A stretch of 50,350 bases of DNA from Prevotellaceae bacterium (GTDB lineage Bacteria; Bacteroidota; Bacteroidia; Bacteroidales; UBA932). The stretch is from NCBI GenBank assembly GCA_031274595.1, contig JAISPX010000141.1, forward strand, positions 1-50,350, read 5' to 3'. This document shows, one piece after another, positions 35,828 to 45,452 of this stretch. The stretch's first letter is position 1. Each line of letters begins with the position of its first letter. The notes below the pieces were generated by a model, which saw only the letters and a list, made by a program, of their open reading frames with translations, had not been told where the DNA came from and ran no database searches. Made by a program: the position numbers and the translations under genes.

Positions 35828-37306
35828 TTATATTTTTAATTGTTTATCTTCTGTTTTTCGCTCTGCTTTTTTTAGCGGGTCTATTACGAGCGGGAAATTG
35901 GTTCTTGCTCCATCTAAAATTTGCTGAATGGTAACTATTTGCAATTTGTCAATAGATTGTCCTGTAAGCGGAATTGTAATTGTTCCTGCATTTTTAGCTT
36001 CTTGAAGCATTGGTTTAGTCGGTTTTTCGAGTGTTAAAAAAAATCCTGCTACTGCTTTTTCTCTTTCTATTACATGCAAAAAATCGCGAATTTGCGATAC
36101 TGTAACATGCCCGCTTTTTACCGAGAATAAAATTTTTTTAATATTTTTATCTACATCCCAATAAATGTGCATCGTACCATCAACACCTTTGTCTGCACCT
36201 TTTTTATCTTTTGGTTTTGCATTGTCATTAGAATAGGTCAATATAGCCCATTTTTCAAACTCTTTGCGAGTAATGTCGTCTTTTTTATGTGCCAAAGCAG
36301 TAGCAGAGTCAATGTCTTTTGGAATACCGCTTAATTCAATACTATTGATTACTTTTTTACCAAAACTGTCTTCCAATCGCTTCAAAATTACATAAATACT
36401 TTGATAAGTAATATCTATTCCAATCCATTTCCTGTTCAGTCGCTGAGCAACCGCAACGGTAGTTCCGCAACCACAATAAGCGTCAAGTACAACGTCTTTC
36501 TCATTTGACGAGGCAAGAATTATACGTTCCATTAATTTTTCAGGTTTTTGTGTTGGATAGCCTAATCGTTCTTTTTGACTTCGTGCAACAATAGCAATAT
36601 CCGTCCACCATGTTTCAGGGACTTTTCCTTCTGTATAATTTTCAGGTAAAAGCCGAGTTCCGTCTTTCTCTGTAAAACCACCTTTGTGAGGCGACCCGCC
36701 TTTATAAGGTAGTAAAATTTTATTTTTATTAAAAATCCACTTATTGCTTTTTGTGTACCAAAAAATAACATCATGCTTACGATTGAATTGCCGCATATTC
36801 GGCGAACCGGGACCCGTGTAACACCATACTATTTCATTTCTGAAAGTTCCACCATTTGTCACAAATATACTATCTAAAACTAACTTTAAATAATGGCTTG
36901 CCGTTGGGTCGCAATGCAAATAAAAACTGCCCGTTGGCTTCAAAACCCGATGTATTTCAATAATTCTTTGCGAAATACTTATAATATATGCCAACATACT
37001 GCCTTCACCCAAAATTTCATGTAAACCGTTTATTAAAAGTTTAGTTTTTTCAGGAATTTTTTTATCGCCTTTTACAAGATTGAAACGTTGGAAATCTTTT
37101 GTTGCTTCTTTGTCCCATTCCCAAGTATCTGTAAATGCTGTTGCTTGCGCTCGGTCTTCTTTACCGATATTGTTGTAAATCTGGTTGTAATCGCGATTTG
37201 AATTAAAAGGCGGATCAATATAGCATAAATCAATACTTTCGTCTTGAATATTGTTTTGCAGTACCTCCAAGTTATCGCCGTAATATAATTGGTTTTGCTG
37301 TTTCAT
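35828..37306 (-). CDS. Beta-class N6-adenine/N4-cytosine DNA methyltransferase fused to a C-terminal Mrr-like PD-(D/E)XK domain
   Basis: 492 aa with DPPF (aa 31-34), YPTQKP (250-255) and DAYCGCGTT (275-283). The motif order IV then I is the N6_N4_Mtase permutation. The C-terminal part has EFEKWAILTY, GADKGVDG (370-377), FSVKSG (394-399) and AVAGFFLT, as in the Mrr_cat family. Confidence 0.85.
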   Translation of the reverse strand: MKQQNQLYYGDNLEVLQNNIQDESIDLCYIDPPFNSNRDYNQIYNNIGKEDRAQATAFTDTWEWDKEATKDFQRFNLVKGDKKIPEKTKLLINGLHEILGEGSMLAYIISISQRIIEIHRVLKPTGSFYLHCDPTASHYLKLVLDSIFVTNGGTFRNEIVWCYTGPGSPNMRQFNRKHDVIFWYTKSNKWIFNKNKILLPYKGGSPHKGGFTEKDGTRLLPENYTEGKVPETWWTDIAIVARSQKERLGYPTQKPEKLMERIILASSNEKDVVLDAYCGCGTTVAVAQRLNRKWIGIDITYQSIYVILKRLEDSFGKKVINSIELSGIPKDIDSATALAHKKDDITRKEFEKWAILTYSNDNAKPKDKKGADKGVDGTMHIYWDVDKNIKKILFSVKSGHVTVSQIRDFLHVIEREKAVAGFFLTLEKPTKPMLQEAKNAGTITIPLTGQSIDKLQIVTIQQILDGARTNFPLVIDPLKKAERKTEDKQLKI

Positions 37307-37343
37307 TTCTTATGAATTTTAATATGATACATATTTATTCAAT

Positions 37344-39215
37344 TTATATCTCATCATATCGCAATCTGCTTACTATAAAATCTTTTCGTTCCGGAGTATT
37401 TTCTCCCATATAAAATTCCAAAAGTTCCCGTATCGAATCATTTTTGCTTAGATGCACTCTGTCGATGCGTATTTTTTCGCCTATAAATTCTTCAAATTCA
37501 TCGGGTGAAATTTCGCCGAGACCTTTGAATCGGGTAATTTCTGCTTTTGAGCCAAGAAGATTTATTGCTTTTTGGCGGTCTGCGTCGTTGTAGCAGTAAT
37601 AAACGGCATCGCTGTTTTTCTTCGATTTTGTATCGCTGTCGGTTTTTGCGCCTATTTTACGAACTCTAAAAAGCGGAGTTTGCAAAATATACAAATGTCC
37701 CAAATGAATTACATCAGGGAAAAATTGTAGAAAAAATGTCAGCAGCAATAAACGAATATGCATTCCGTCAACGTCAGCATCGGTTGCTACCACTATTTTG
37801 TTGTAGCGCAGGTTGTCAATACTTTCTTCAATATTGAGCGCCGCTTGCAAAAGATTAAATTCTTCGTTTTCATAAACCACGCGTTTTGTTTTTCCGTAGG
37901 TATTCAGTGGTTTTCCACGAAGACTGAAAACGGCTTGCGTATTCACATCTCTTGATTTTGTTATTGAACCGCTTGCCGAATCGCCTTCGGTTATAAACAG
38001 TGTTGAACTTTCGGCAAGAGCATGTTTATCGTTGTAATGTATGCGGCAATCGCGAAGTTTTTTGTTGTGAAGATTTGCTTTTTTTGCGCGTTCGCGTGCT
38101 ATTTTTTGTATGCCTGATATGGTTTTTCGTTCTTTTTCCGATTCCTGAATTTTTTTCAGTATAATTTCGGATGTCGTCTTGTTTTTGTGCAGATATTTAT
38201 CTAATTCTTCGGCAAGAAAGTCTATTACAAATGTACGAATTGATTTTCCGTTGGGCGACATGTCTTTTGAGCCGAGTTTGGTTTTTGTTTGCGATTCAAA
38301 TATAGGTTCAACAACTTTTATACTTATTGCCGCATACATTGACATGCAAATATCTTTTGTGTCAAAATCTTTTTTATAAAAATCGCGTATTGTTTTTCCA
38401 ATTGCTTCACGAAATGCGCTTAAATGAGTTCCACCCTGCGTTGTATGCTGTCCGTTTACAAACGAATAGCAGGTGTCGCCATAACCCGAACCGTGCGCAA
38501 TTACAACTTCAATATCATCGCCTTTTAAATATATAGGCGAATACAAAGGTTCTTCGCTCATGTTTTCATTAAGCAAATCAAGTAATCCGTATTTAGAAAT
38601 ATAATTCACTCCATTAAACGAAATTGTCAAACCTATGTTGAGATAAGTATAATTTCGTATCATGGTTTCAATAAAACTGTTGTTGATAATATAATTGCCA
38701 AAAATACTTTTGTCGGCAACAAATGCCGTACTTGTTCCGTTTCGGGCATCTGTCGTTTTTGTTGTATCGTCAATTAGGTTTCCACATTCAAATATAACAG
38801 ATCGCGATTTGTTTTCGCGTATTGATTCTACGCTGAATTTTGACGACAAGGCATTTACCGCTTTTATGCCGACTCCGTTTAAGCCTACGGATTTTTTAAA
38901 TACTTCCGAATCGTATTTTGCGCCTGTGTTCATTTTTGATGTTGCATCAACAAGCGCGCCAAGCGGGATTCCACGTCCGTAATCGCGAACGCAAATTTCA
39001 TCTTCGTTTATCGTAATATCAATACGTTTACCATAGCCCATTGTATATTCGTCAATAGAATTGTCGATAACTTCTTTCAGCAGCACATAAATTCCATCGT
39101 CGGGAGAAGCGCCATCGCCAAGTTTGCCGATATACATTCCCGGACGACGGCGTATATGTTCTTTCCAATCAAGGGTTATAATATCATTTTCAATGTATTC
39201 CTTTACCTCGCTCAT
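37344..39215 (-). CDS. parE: DNA topoisomerase IV subunit B (type IIA topoisomerase B subunit)
   Basis: 623 aa with GHKL ATPase motifs EVIDNSIDE and GLNGVG, and TOPRIM motifs EGDSASG and DADVDGMHI. The length and pairing favour ParE over GyrB. Confidence 0.85.
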   Translation of the reverse strand: MSEVKEYIENDIITLDWKEHIRRRPGMYIGKLGDGASPDDGIYVLLKEVIDNSIDEYTMGYGKRIDITINEDEICVRDYGRGIPLGALVDATSKMNTGAKYDSEVFKKSVGLNGVGIKAVNALSSKFSVESIRENKSRSVIFECGNLIDDTTKTTDARNGTSTAFVADKSIFGNYIINNSFIETMIRNYTYLNIGLTISFNGVNYISKYGLLDLLNENMSEEPLYSPIYLKGDDIEVVIAHGSGYGDTCYSFVNGQHTTQGGTHLSAFREAIGKTIRDFYKKDFDTKDICMSMYAAISIKVVEPIFESQTKTKLGSKDMSPNGKSIRTFVIDFLAEELDKYLHKNKTTSEIILKKIQESEKERKTISGIQKIARERAKKANLHNKKLRDCRIHYNDKHALAESSTLFITEGDSASGSITKSRDVNTQAVFSLRGKPLNTYGKTKRVVYENEEFNLLQAALNIEESIDNLRYNKIVVATDADVDGMHIRLLLLTFFLQFFPDVIHLGHLYILQTPLFRVRKIGAKTDSDTKSKKNSDAVYYCYNDADRQKAINLLGSKAEITRFKGLGEISPDEFEEFIGEKIRIDRVHLSKNDSIRELLEFYMGENTPERKDFIVSRLRYDEI

Positions 39216-39554
39216 ATATTATACAGTTCTGTTTTTATATTTATAGTCATAATACAATCTTTGTAAACATTCAATTATAGGATGTTTTTATAAATTGAGT
39301 AAAATATTTTGCGCTTTATACAACGTGATTTTTGATTACATAATATAATCGCGCTGTAGCTGGCACATTTTGCAAATGTACAAACTTTGCGATTAATTTT
39401 ATTATTATTTTATTAACAATTATAATTTCACATGAATTTAATAAATTGAATATTAATGTTTATAAAAAGTATTTATTTACAAAATTTGCAAGGTTTTACA
39501 AATTTTATGTACGCTTCTGGTGAAAAATTTTGGCTCACGTAACAAATTCTTCAA

Positions 39555-40088
39555 TTAAAACAAAATATATCCGAAAATTCCTGCAAGAAATATTATTTTG
39601 ACTATTCCGATTTTAAAAAAATAGGCTAAAACAAAAGATATTATGCAAATTATAACGCTTTTGTAATCAGTGAAATTATTATTATTCATCAGCATTAGCG
39701 CCGCTGCTGCAATAAGCCCAATGGCGGCAGGCGTCATTCCGGAGAGCGCGGCGGAAAGATATTTATTTTTTCTGAAAGCAAGGAAAAATCTACATATAAT
39801 CAACATGATAATTATCGAAGGCAAACATACTGCAAATGTTGCAACTACCGAACCCCAAATATTTCCGTCTGTAGCAGTGTATCCAATGTAAGTTGCGCTG
39901 TTTATTGCAATAGGTCCCGGAGTAGATTGCGAAATAGCGACAATATCGGTAAATTCTTTTACGCTAAGCCATTTGTGCGCTTCAACCACTTCGTACTGAA
40001 TCATCGACAGCATTGCATAACCGCCGCCAAAACCAAATAATCCGATTTTGAAAAATGTTATAAATAGTTGTATTATAATGCTCAACAT
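39555..40088 (-). CDS. Chromate transporter family protein (short-chain CHR, second half)
   Basis: 177 aa with FKIGLFGFGGGYAML and AISQSTPGPIAIN. Confidence 0.85.
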   Translation of the reverse strand: MLSIIIQLFITFFKIGLFGFGGGYAMLSMIQYEVVEAHKWLSVKEFTDIVAISQSTPGPIAINSATYIGYTATDGNIWGSVVATFAVCLPSIIIMLIICRFFLAFRKNKYLSAALSGMTPAAIGLIAAAALMLMNNNNFTDYKSVIICIISFVLAYFFKIGIVKIIFLAGIFGYILF

Positions 40089-40624
40089 TGTTTTGAAATA
40101 AATGTGTTATATATAATTGCGCATAATCCTGCAATCATTATCACAATTACAGGCGAAATTCCCAAAAGCCATACAGAAATTGCCGAAACCGCAGTAATGG
40201 CAATTACATGAATTTTGAAACCGTTATTTTTCAGCATATTTACCACAGGCACAGCAATCAGCGCAACAACAGCTGGACGTATTCCGCAAAAAATGCGTTC
40301 AACGATTGGGTTGTTTTCCAATCCTGTAAAAAATATTGCAACAAGCATTATTATTGTAAACGAAGGTATTACAGTTCCTAAAACAGTTGCAATCATACCT
40401 TTTGTTCCTTTGATTTTATAGCCTACAAAAACGGCGGTATTTATGGCTATTGGACCCGGAGCAGATTGTGCAAGCGTAAGCATTTCGGTAAATTCATCGT
40501 TGTTTATCCATTTTTGTTTGCTCACCACTTCTTTCTCAATCAGCGGAATCATAACATATCCGCCGCCAAGCGTAAATGTTCCGATTTTAAAAAATGATAT
40601 GAATAAATCTAAATATTGTTTCAT
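40082..40624 (-). CDS. Chromate transporter family protein (short-chain CHR, first half)
   Basis: 180 aa with FKIGTFTLGGGYVMIP and LAQSAPGPIAIN. It overlaps its partner by 7 nt. Confidence 0.85.
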   Translation of the reverse strand: MKQYLDLFISFFKIGTFTLGGGYVMIPLIEKEVVSKQKWINNDEFTEMLTLAQSAPGPIAINTAVFVGYKIKGTKGMIATVLGTVIPSFTIIMLVAIFFTGLENNPIVERIFCGIRPAVVALIAVPVVNMLKNNGFKIHVIAITAVSAISVWLLGISPVIVIMIAGLCAIIYNTFISKQC

Positions 40625-41688
40625 TAAAACTGGTTTTCGTCCTGTTTATTTGCTTCCGATTCTTGTAATATTCGTTTATTTATGCGTTTTACAAATTTAG
40701 GACCGTTGTAAATAAAACCTGTGTAAATCTGCACCAATCGAGCGCCTGCATTCAGCATATTTATGGCATCGTCTTCGGTCATAATTCCTCCAACGCCGAT
40801 AACAGGCAAATCGCCATCGGTTTTTTTGTTGATATACGAAATAATTTCAAGCGAACGCTTTGTAAGCGGAGAACCGCTTAAACCGCCGTTGCCTATGCGA
40901 TTTATTTCTTTTTCGCTTGTTTTCAGATTATTTCGGGTTGTTGTTGTGTTTGTTGCCACAATACCATCTATTCCTATGGTGCGAATAATATCAAGTATTT
41001 CATCAATTTGTTCAAAACTTAAATCAGGCGAAATTTTTATAAGCATTGGTTTATAAATATCTCTGTATCTGCGAAATTCTGTAAGTTGACCTAATAATTT
41101 TTTCAGAGATTCGCCTGTTTGTAAATTCTGCAAGTTGCCAACATTCGGACAACTTATATTTATCACAAAATAATCAACATAATTATACAATCGCGATATT
41201 GTTTTTTCATATTCTATCGGCGCATTTTCGTTGTCAATATCTGTATTTTTACCAATATTGCCGCCGATAATCAAATTACATCTGCGTTTTTTCCGTATAT
41301 TTTCAAGCGTTTTGTCAACTCCGTCATTATTGAAGCCCATGCGGTTAATTATTGCTTTATCCTTAAAAAGCCTGAATAATCGCGGTTTGACATTTCCTTT
41401 TTGAGCATTTCGCGTAACTGTTCCTACTTCAACAAATCCGAAACCCAAATCGGCTAATTCGTTATAAACCTCTGCGTTTTTGTCAAATCCGGCAGCAATA
41501 CCAACAGGATTTTTAAATTTTAGACCTATAACTTTACGCTCAAGTTTAGGCGATTTTACTACGTAATTCATGCGCAGCAACGAATTGCAAAATGGAATAT
41601 ATTTGGTTAATTTCAGCAAACCAACAGTCAGATTATGAATCCTTTCGGGATTAAACATAAATAATATTAAACGAAAAAATTTATACAT
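40624..41688 (-). CDS. pyrD: Dihydroorotate dehydrogenase (quinone), class 2
   Basis: 354 aa with an N-terminal membrane-association helix, GFVEVGTVT, NISCPN and GGLSG. Confidence 0.9.
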   Translation of the reverse strand: MYKFFRLILFMFNPERIHNLTVGLLKLTKYIPFCNSLLRMNYVVKSPKLERKVIGLKFKNPVGIAAGFDKNAEVYNELADLGFGFVEVGTVTRNAQKGNVKPRLFRLFKDKAIINRMGFNNDGVDKTLENIRKKRRCNLIIGGNIGKNTDIDNENAPIEYEKTISRLYNYVDYFVINISCPNVGNLQNLQTGESLKKLLGQLTEFRRYRDIYKPMLIKISPDLSFEQIDEILDIIRTIGIDGIVATNTTTTRNNLKTSEKEINRIGNGGLSGSPLTKRSLEIISYINKKTDGDLPVIGVGGIMTEDDAINMLNAGARLVQIYTGFIYNGPKFVKRINKRILQESEANKQDENQF

Positions 41689-41773
41689 GTTACAAGTTTA
41701 TTTGCAACAAAATTAATCAAAAATTTGTAAGTTTATAATTGGCGTTTAATATCCGCAAATATTTAAATCTAAA

Positions 41774-42244
41774 TCATCTTGGCGAATAAAATTCAAATGT
41801 TTTGTCTGAATAACAAATAATTATACGTTCTACTTCACGGCTGACGCATTTAATTTCATTTTCGGGCAAAATATCTGTTTTGTGCATAAATTTTTCGGTT
41901 TCAGTATCATTTTTCATGATTTTCTCCGTTTCTGTTTCCTCAATTTTATAATTATTTTGTTCGTTATCAAACAATTTAGGAGCAGATGAGAATAAATCGC
42001 GCGATTCATCATTAAAAAGCGATTGCTCTGTTGGCGTTTTATACATTTTGCCAGTGCCGGCAACCAGCCATTCTACATTAAGTTGCGGAAACGATTTCAG
42101 CATTTTTTGAATAAAATCAAGGCTGGGTTTATTGCGCTCAGAAATTATATGCGAAATATTTGCAGGCTGTACGCCTATAATATCGGCAAAACGTGCAGGC
42201 GATAATTTTTCGGCATTGAGAAAACTTATAATTCTATCTTTCAT
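41774..42244 (-). CDS. HTH (XRE/CI-repressor-like) DNA-binding protein
   Basis: LSPARFADIIGVQPANISHIISERNKPSLDFIQKM is followed by WLVAGTGKMY. The ORF-track start 42253 is a TTG; the ATG at 42244 (MKDRIISF) is preferred. Confidence 0.8.
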   Translation of the reverse strand: MKDRIISFLNAEKLSPARFADIIGVQPANISHIISERNKPSLDFIQKMLKSFPQLNVEWLVAGTGKMYKTPTEQSLFNDESRDLFSSAPKLFDNEQNNYKIEETETEKIMKNDTETEKFMHKTDILPENEIKCVSREVERIIICYSDKTFEFYSPR

Positions 42245-42291
42245 AACTATCAAATTTTAATATTTAAGATTAAAAATACAAAACTAATCAG

Positions 42292-42353
42292 ATTACAAAT
42301 GTAAATAAAAATCCTTTTACAAATGTAAACACAATCACATTTACAAATGTAAA
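42292..42353. promoter_or_regulatory. Three direct copies of the palindrome TTTACA-AA-TGTAAA with exact 24-nt phasing, upstream of the HTH gene
   Basis: The copies are at 42292-42305, 42316-42329 and 42340-42353. The minus-strand reading contains TACATTTG, which fits TAnnTTTG. Two more copies with a TT centre lie at 42591-42604 and 42692-42705. Confidence 0.5.
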
Positions 42354-42705
42354 GCAAGTGGGAACAGATATAGGTTTACTTATGTATATTGCATGATAAT
42401 TTATTATAGGTTTACTTTAAATAAAATTTGTATTTATATCATTATAATATAATTAATATCTAAAAATAATATCAGGATTGGTTTTAATAATAAATAAAAC
42501 ATAAAAATCGGTTTTTTACATGATTTTTTTATTCAAATAATCAATATATAATACTGATAACATGAATATTATATAATACTAAAATCATTATTTACATTTG
42601 TAAAGTAGCATGTTTATTTGTCGCTTTACAAAAGTTAATAAATTGTATTTTCAGTGGATAATTTTTGTTTTAGAAATGTTAAAATGTTCGTGTTACATTT
42701 GTAAA

Positions 42706-42748
42706 AACAAAAAAACCGATACATTTGTGTATCGGTTCAAAAAAAATC
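42706..42748. terminator. Bidirectional rho-independent terminator downstream of rnpB
   Basis: A perfect 10-bp stem aaccgataca/tgtatcggtt (42714-42723 / 42728-42737) with a tttg loop, flanked by A-runs on both sides (T-runs on the minus strand). Confidence 0.8.
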
Positions 42749-43094
42749 ACTAAAACTATAAGCCGGGTTCTGTTTTTAATCTTGCGATTAAAATTCTATC
42801 ATTTATCTTAGCAACCTACCCCTCGACAACGAGCGAGCAACTCTTGAATGTCGATATACATGGTCTTGCAAGCCGTTAGCGTGTACGAATACTGTCGTCG
42901 CCGACAATAACGGCGAGACTTTACCCTCGCCTTTTCACCCTTACTCAATGTTTTACGCGAAAACCATAAGCGGTTATTTTCTGTTACACTTTCTATACCC
43001 TCGCGAATATCTGCACTTTCTGCAGAACGGCGCTCTGCCTTGCCCGGACTTTCCTCTCCAATTAAATATCAGAGCGATAGAGCGTTTTAGTGAT
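42746..43094 (-). ncRNA. rnpB: RNase P RNA, bacterial type A
   Basis: The minus strand contains the universally conserved GAGGAAAGUCCGGGC (complement of 43042-43056), GUAAGGGUGAAA and ACAGAACCCGGCUUAU (complement of 42758-42773). P1 forms by pairing aucacuaaaac (5' end, 43094-43084) with guuuuagugau (3' end, 42756-42746). Confidence 0.95.
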
Positions 43095-43152
43095 AAATAT
43101 TATATTGCATAAAATCAAACAAAGTTATGATATTTTTTGTGAATGGCGCAAA

Positions 43153-43212
43153 TAAAGTTGAAAGTGATTTTTTATTTACTATTTTATTATTTACGATTTA
43201 CTATTTATCATT
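43153..43212 (-). repeat. Inverted copy of the AACTTTCAACTTT / TAGTAAATCGTAAAT word modules
   Basis: aaagttgaaagtg ... atttacgatttactatttatcatt is the reverse complement of the words at 230-288 and 200-235. Confidence 0.75.
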
Positions 43213-43302
43213 TGTCACGTCCTGAAAAAAGTTGACAAGTTATTACTCTTTTTTTTGTTAATTTTTTATTCATCTTTTATTGCATTTTGTTTCTTGTGGG
43301 CT

Positions 43303-43431
43303 GAGGCTGTCTTAAAAGCCCGTCATACCGTGCTTGACACGGTATCTCCTGAAAAATCGCATGTTATAATTAGGAGATTGCGGGTCAAGCCCGCAATGAC
43401 AATCGCTTTTTTGAGGCTTTTAAGACAGCCC
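43303..43431 (-). mobile_element. MITE-like hairpin element, full-length copy inverted relative to 19209-19339
   Basis: It is near-identical over its full length to the reverse complement of 19209-19339, including both terminal repeats. Confidence 0.7.
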
Positions 43432-43539
43432 CGACTCTGATATGCAATAGATTAATTGAAATACAATATTGATTTATCTGTATTTATCTTAAAAACTACC
43501 AATTTCAATTATTTGTATTTGTCGGAAATCAAATATTAT

Positions 43540-44679
43540 TTAAAGTCCGCCATCTACAACCCAAACGTTGTTTTCGTTATCATTTCGCAAGGCAATGTTA
43601 AACTTTTTTATTTTTCCGTTTGCAAGTTTTATTTTGTACGGCACATATTCGCCCGCATATAAACCCGATTTGAAAGGTTCTCCGAGTTCAATTAATTCCA
43701 ACCCGAAAAATAGTTCAATAGTTTTCATATTCCAACCTATGAATGCTTCTTTAACAGGTTCAATATTTTTGTTTGCCAGTGCGGTAAATATCAGTTTTGC
43801 CGCTTCTTTTGATTTTATGCCTGTCAACAATGAATTATTTAGCGGTTTATCTAACTTCACCCATTCAATATTCGGACGTGCCAAAAGTTTATCAATATCT
43901 ACAGAAACGTTATATAAAATAGATGTTGTTTCAAAAACAGTTTCATATTTTTTATTATAAAGAATTTCTACTTTCAAGGCTTGCAATAATTTTGTTTCTC
44001 TGTCGAATGTATAGGTTCGTTTATTATCCGATTCTAAAATTGATGAGTTTTTTGCATAGTCGTTTTTGAAATCCCCTTTTGCTTTTGATTTTATTGTAAG
44101 AATTATTTGATTTCCATTCTCGTTCATCGATATTTCCGAACCGTCATCTTTTGCTAATTGTTGTTCATATCGCAAAATGTTTTGAGGGTCAAGAAATTTT
44201 TCAAAATCGCCAAAAAATCCTGTAAGTCCATTAGCCATCCAGCCTATTTCGTTTACCCAAGAATATGAATTAACACCGTCAAACACAGATGTTCGCCCTG
44301 ATTTTTCCAATCTCCATTTATGAGCGCCTTCAAATGAGATTGTGGCTGTGTGTTCTATCATACTTCCATCAGCATCATACCTTATTTCATCAAAATTCTC
44401 CGAAGGTGTTGTAAGCATCAAGTACTTCATTACCATAGTTTTCAAATCTTCCGATTTGTCAATAGATTCGCTGATCATATTCATTGCTGCTCTTGCTTCG
44501 TTGTTTGCACTGAAAATAAACGGCAGAACCAATAACGCAACAAATATTGCTGCAACTGCCGATAATCCTTTAATTTTGAGTTTTTTCATTTTATTTCTCT
44601 CCATTTTAATTTTATTAATAACATTTTTTTTAAGTGATAACGGAGCAGAAGGTTTTATTTTGGGAATAATCTCATTCAT
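43540..44679 (-). CDS. Membrane-anchored protein coupled to the ECF sigma gene (putative anti-sigma factor with a large periplasmic domain)
   Basis: 379 aa with an 8-nt overlap with the sigma gene stop, a short cytoplasmic N-terminus, one TM (LSAVAAIFVALLVLPFIF) and a roughly 320-aa extracytoplasmic domain. The function is inferred from context only. Confidence 0.6.
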   Translation of the reverse strand: MNEIIPKIKPSAPLSLKKNVINKIKMERNKMKKLKIKGLSAVAAIFVALLVLPFIFSANNEARAAMNMISESIDKSEDLKTMVMKYLMLTTPSENFDEIRYDADGSMIEHTATISFEGAHKWRLEKSGRTSVFDGVNSYSWVNEIGWMANGLTGFFGDFEKFLDPQNILRYEQQLAKDDGSEISMNENGNQIILTIKSKAKGDFKNDYAKNSSILESDNKRTYTFDRETKLLQALKVEILYNKKYETVFETTSILYNVSVDIDKLLARPNIEWVKLDKPLNNSLLTGIKSKEAAKLIFTALANKNIEPVKEAFIGWNMKTIELFFGLELIELGEPFKSGLYAGEYVPYKIKLANGKIKKFNIALRNDNENNVWVVDGGL

Positions 44680-45226
44680 AATAGTTCTCTTTTATTTTAT
44701 TAGTTTGTCTTAATTTATCAATACCATATCTGTATCGTGATTTTACCGTATTTACAGAAACATTCAATATTTCAGCCGTTTCAACAAAGTTAAGCCCATC
44801 AACAAATTTCAGTTTAATAACATCAGATTGCTCTGCCGGCAATTCGTTTAGCAAATCCTCTATTCTTAAAAACTCTGCAACACATTTTTGTTCTTCATCA
44901 TCATCTGCAACATCATTGTTGATAAAATCTATAGGCACAATTTTAATTTTACCGTATTTCCTTTTGTAATCAATACAAGCATTCGAAACTGATTTCAACA
45001 AATATGTTTTCATGTTTTTTATGTGATTATAATTTTTTTTATCCTGAAAAAACTTCAAAAACACATCTTGCACTATATCCTGCGCTATGTAATACGAACC
45101 AACTCTAAAAAATGCAAAAGAAAACAACTGATTCTGATACTCTTCAATAATACTTTCTAACTCGTTAATTTTGTTTTTTAATTTAAACATAAAAAAAGCC
45201 GCTTTTTGTAATAAAGACGTAAACAT
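44672..45226 (-). CDS. ECF-type RNA polymerase sigma-70 family factor
   Basis: 184 aa with region 2 (AQDIVQDVFLKFF) and region 4 HTH (LNFVETAEILNVSVNTVKSRYRYG). The start may be the internal Met at 45190. Confidence 0.85.
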   Translation of the reverse strand: MFTSLLQKAAFFMFKLKNKINELESIIEEYQNQLFSFAFFRVGSYYIAQDIVQDVFLKFFQDKKNYNHIKNMKTYLLKSVSNACIDYKRKYGKIKIVPIDFINNDVADDDEEQKCVAEFLRIEDLLNELPAEQSDVIKLKFVDGLNFVETAEILNVSVNTVKSRYRYGIDKLRQTNKIKENYYE

Positions 45227-45452
45227 TAAAAAATCGGTCTAAAATAGTTGATTTTTTTGATACGATTATATAGTTTTAATAATTAAGATTTATTGAGAAT
45301 ATAACTTTTTGAGGCGCATCTATTGTTTTATTATGTTTGCCATTATCGAAATACGCAATCTGCCGTTTATAATTTTAAAATAAACAACCGTGCAATTCAA
45401 TTTCTGAACCGCAACAATGATGTATTTCAAATTTTCAAATAGTTTGCAAACT

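Noticed and set aside
32735-39215. Calling the type IIA topoisomerase pair gyrA/gyrB
   Set aside because: I found no GyrA-box-like QRRGGKG motif at the start of the A-subunit C-terminal domain, and the B subunit is short (623 aa). These features favour parC/parE, but the call remains provisional without a phylogeny.
39555-40624. Split chromate transporter as a frameshifted pseudogene
   Set aside because: Each half has its own start, a complete CHR-domain signature (GGGY...PGPIAIN) and a 7-nt overlap. Paired short-chain CHR genes are a known normal arrangement.
42354-42690. Search for a tRNA, tmRNA, SRP RNA or small ORF in the 490-bp gene-free AT-rich interval next to rnpB
   Set aside because: I saw no T-arm/acceptor-like pattern (GGTTCGAATCC type), no conserved SRP or tmRNA motifs and no ORF of 60 aa or more. 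Only the palindromes and a short direct repeat (tataggtttactt at 42370 and 42406) were found.
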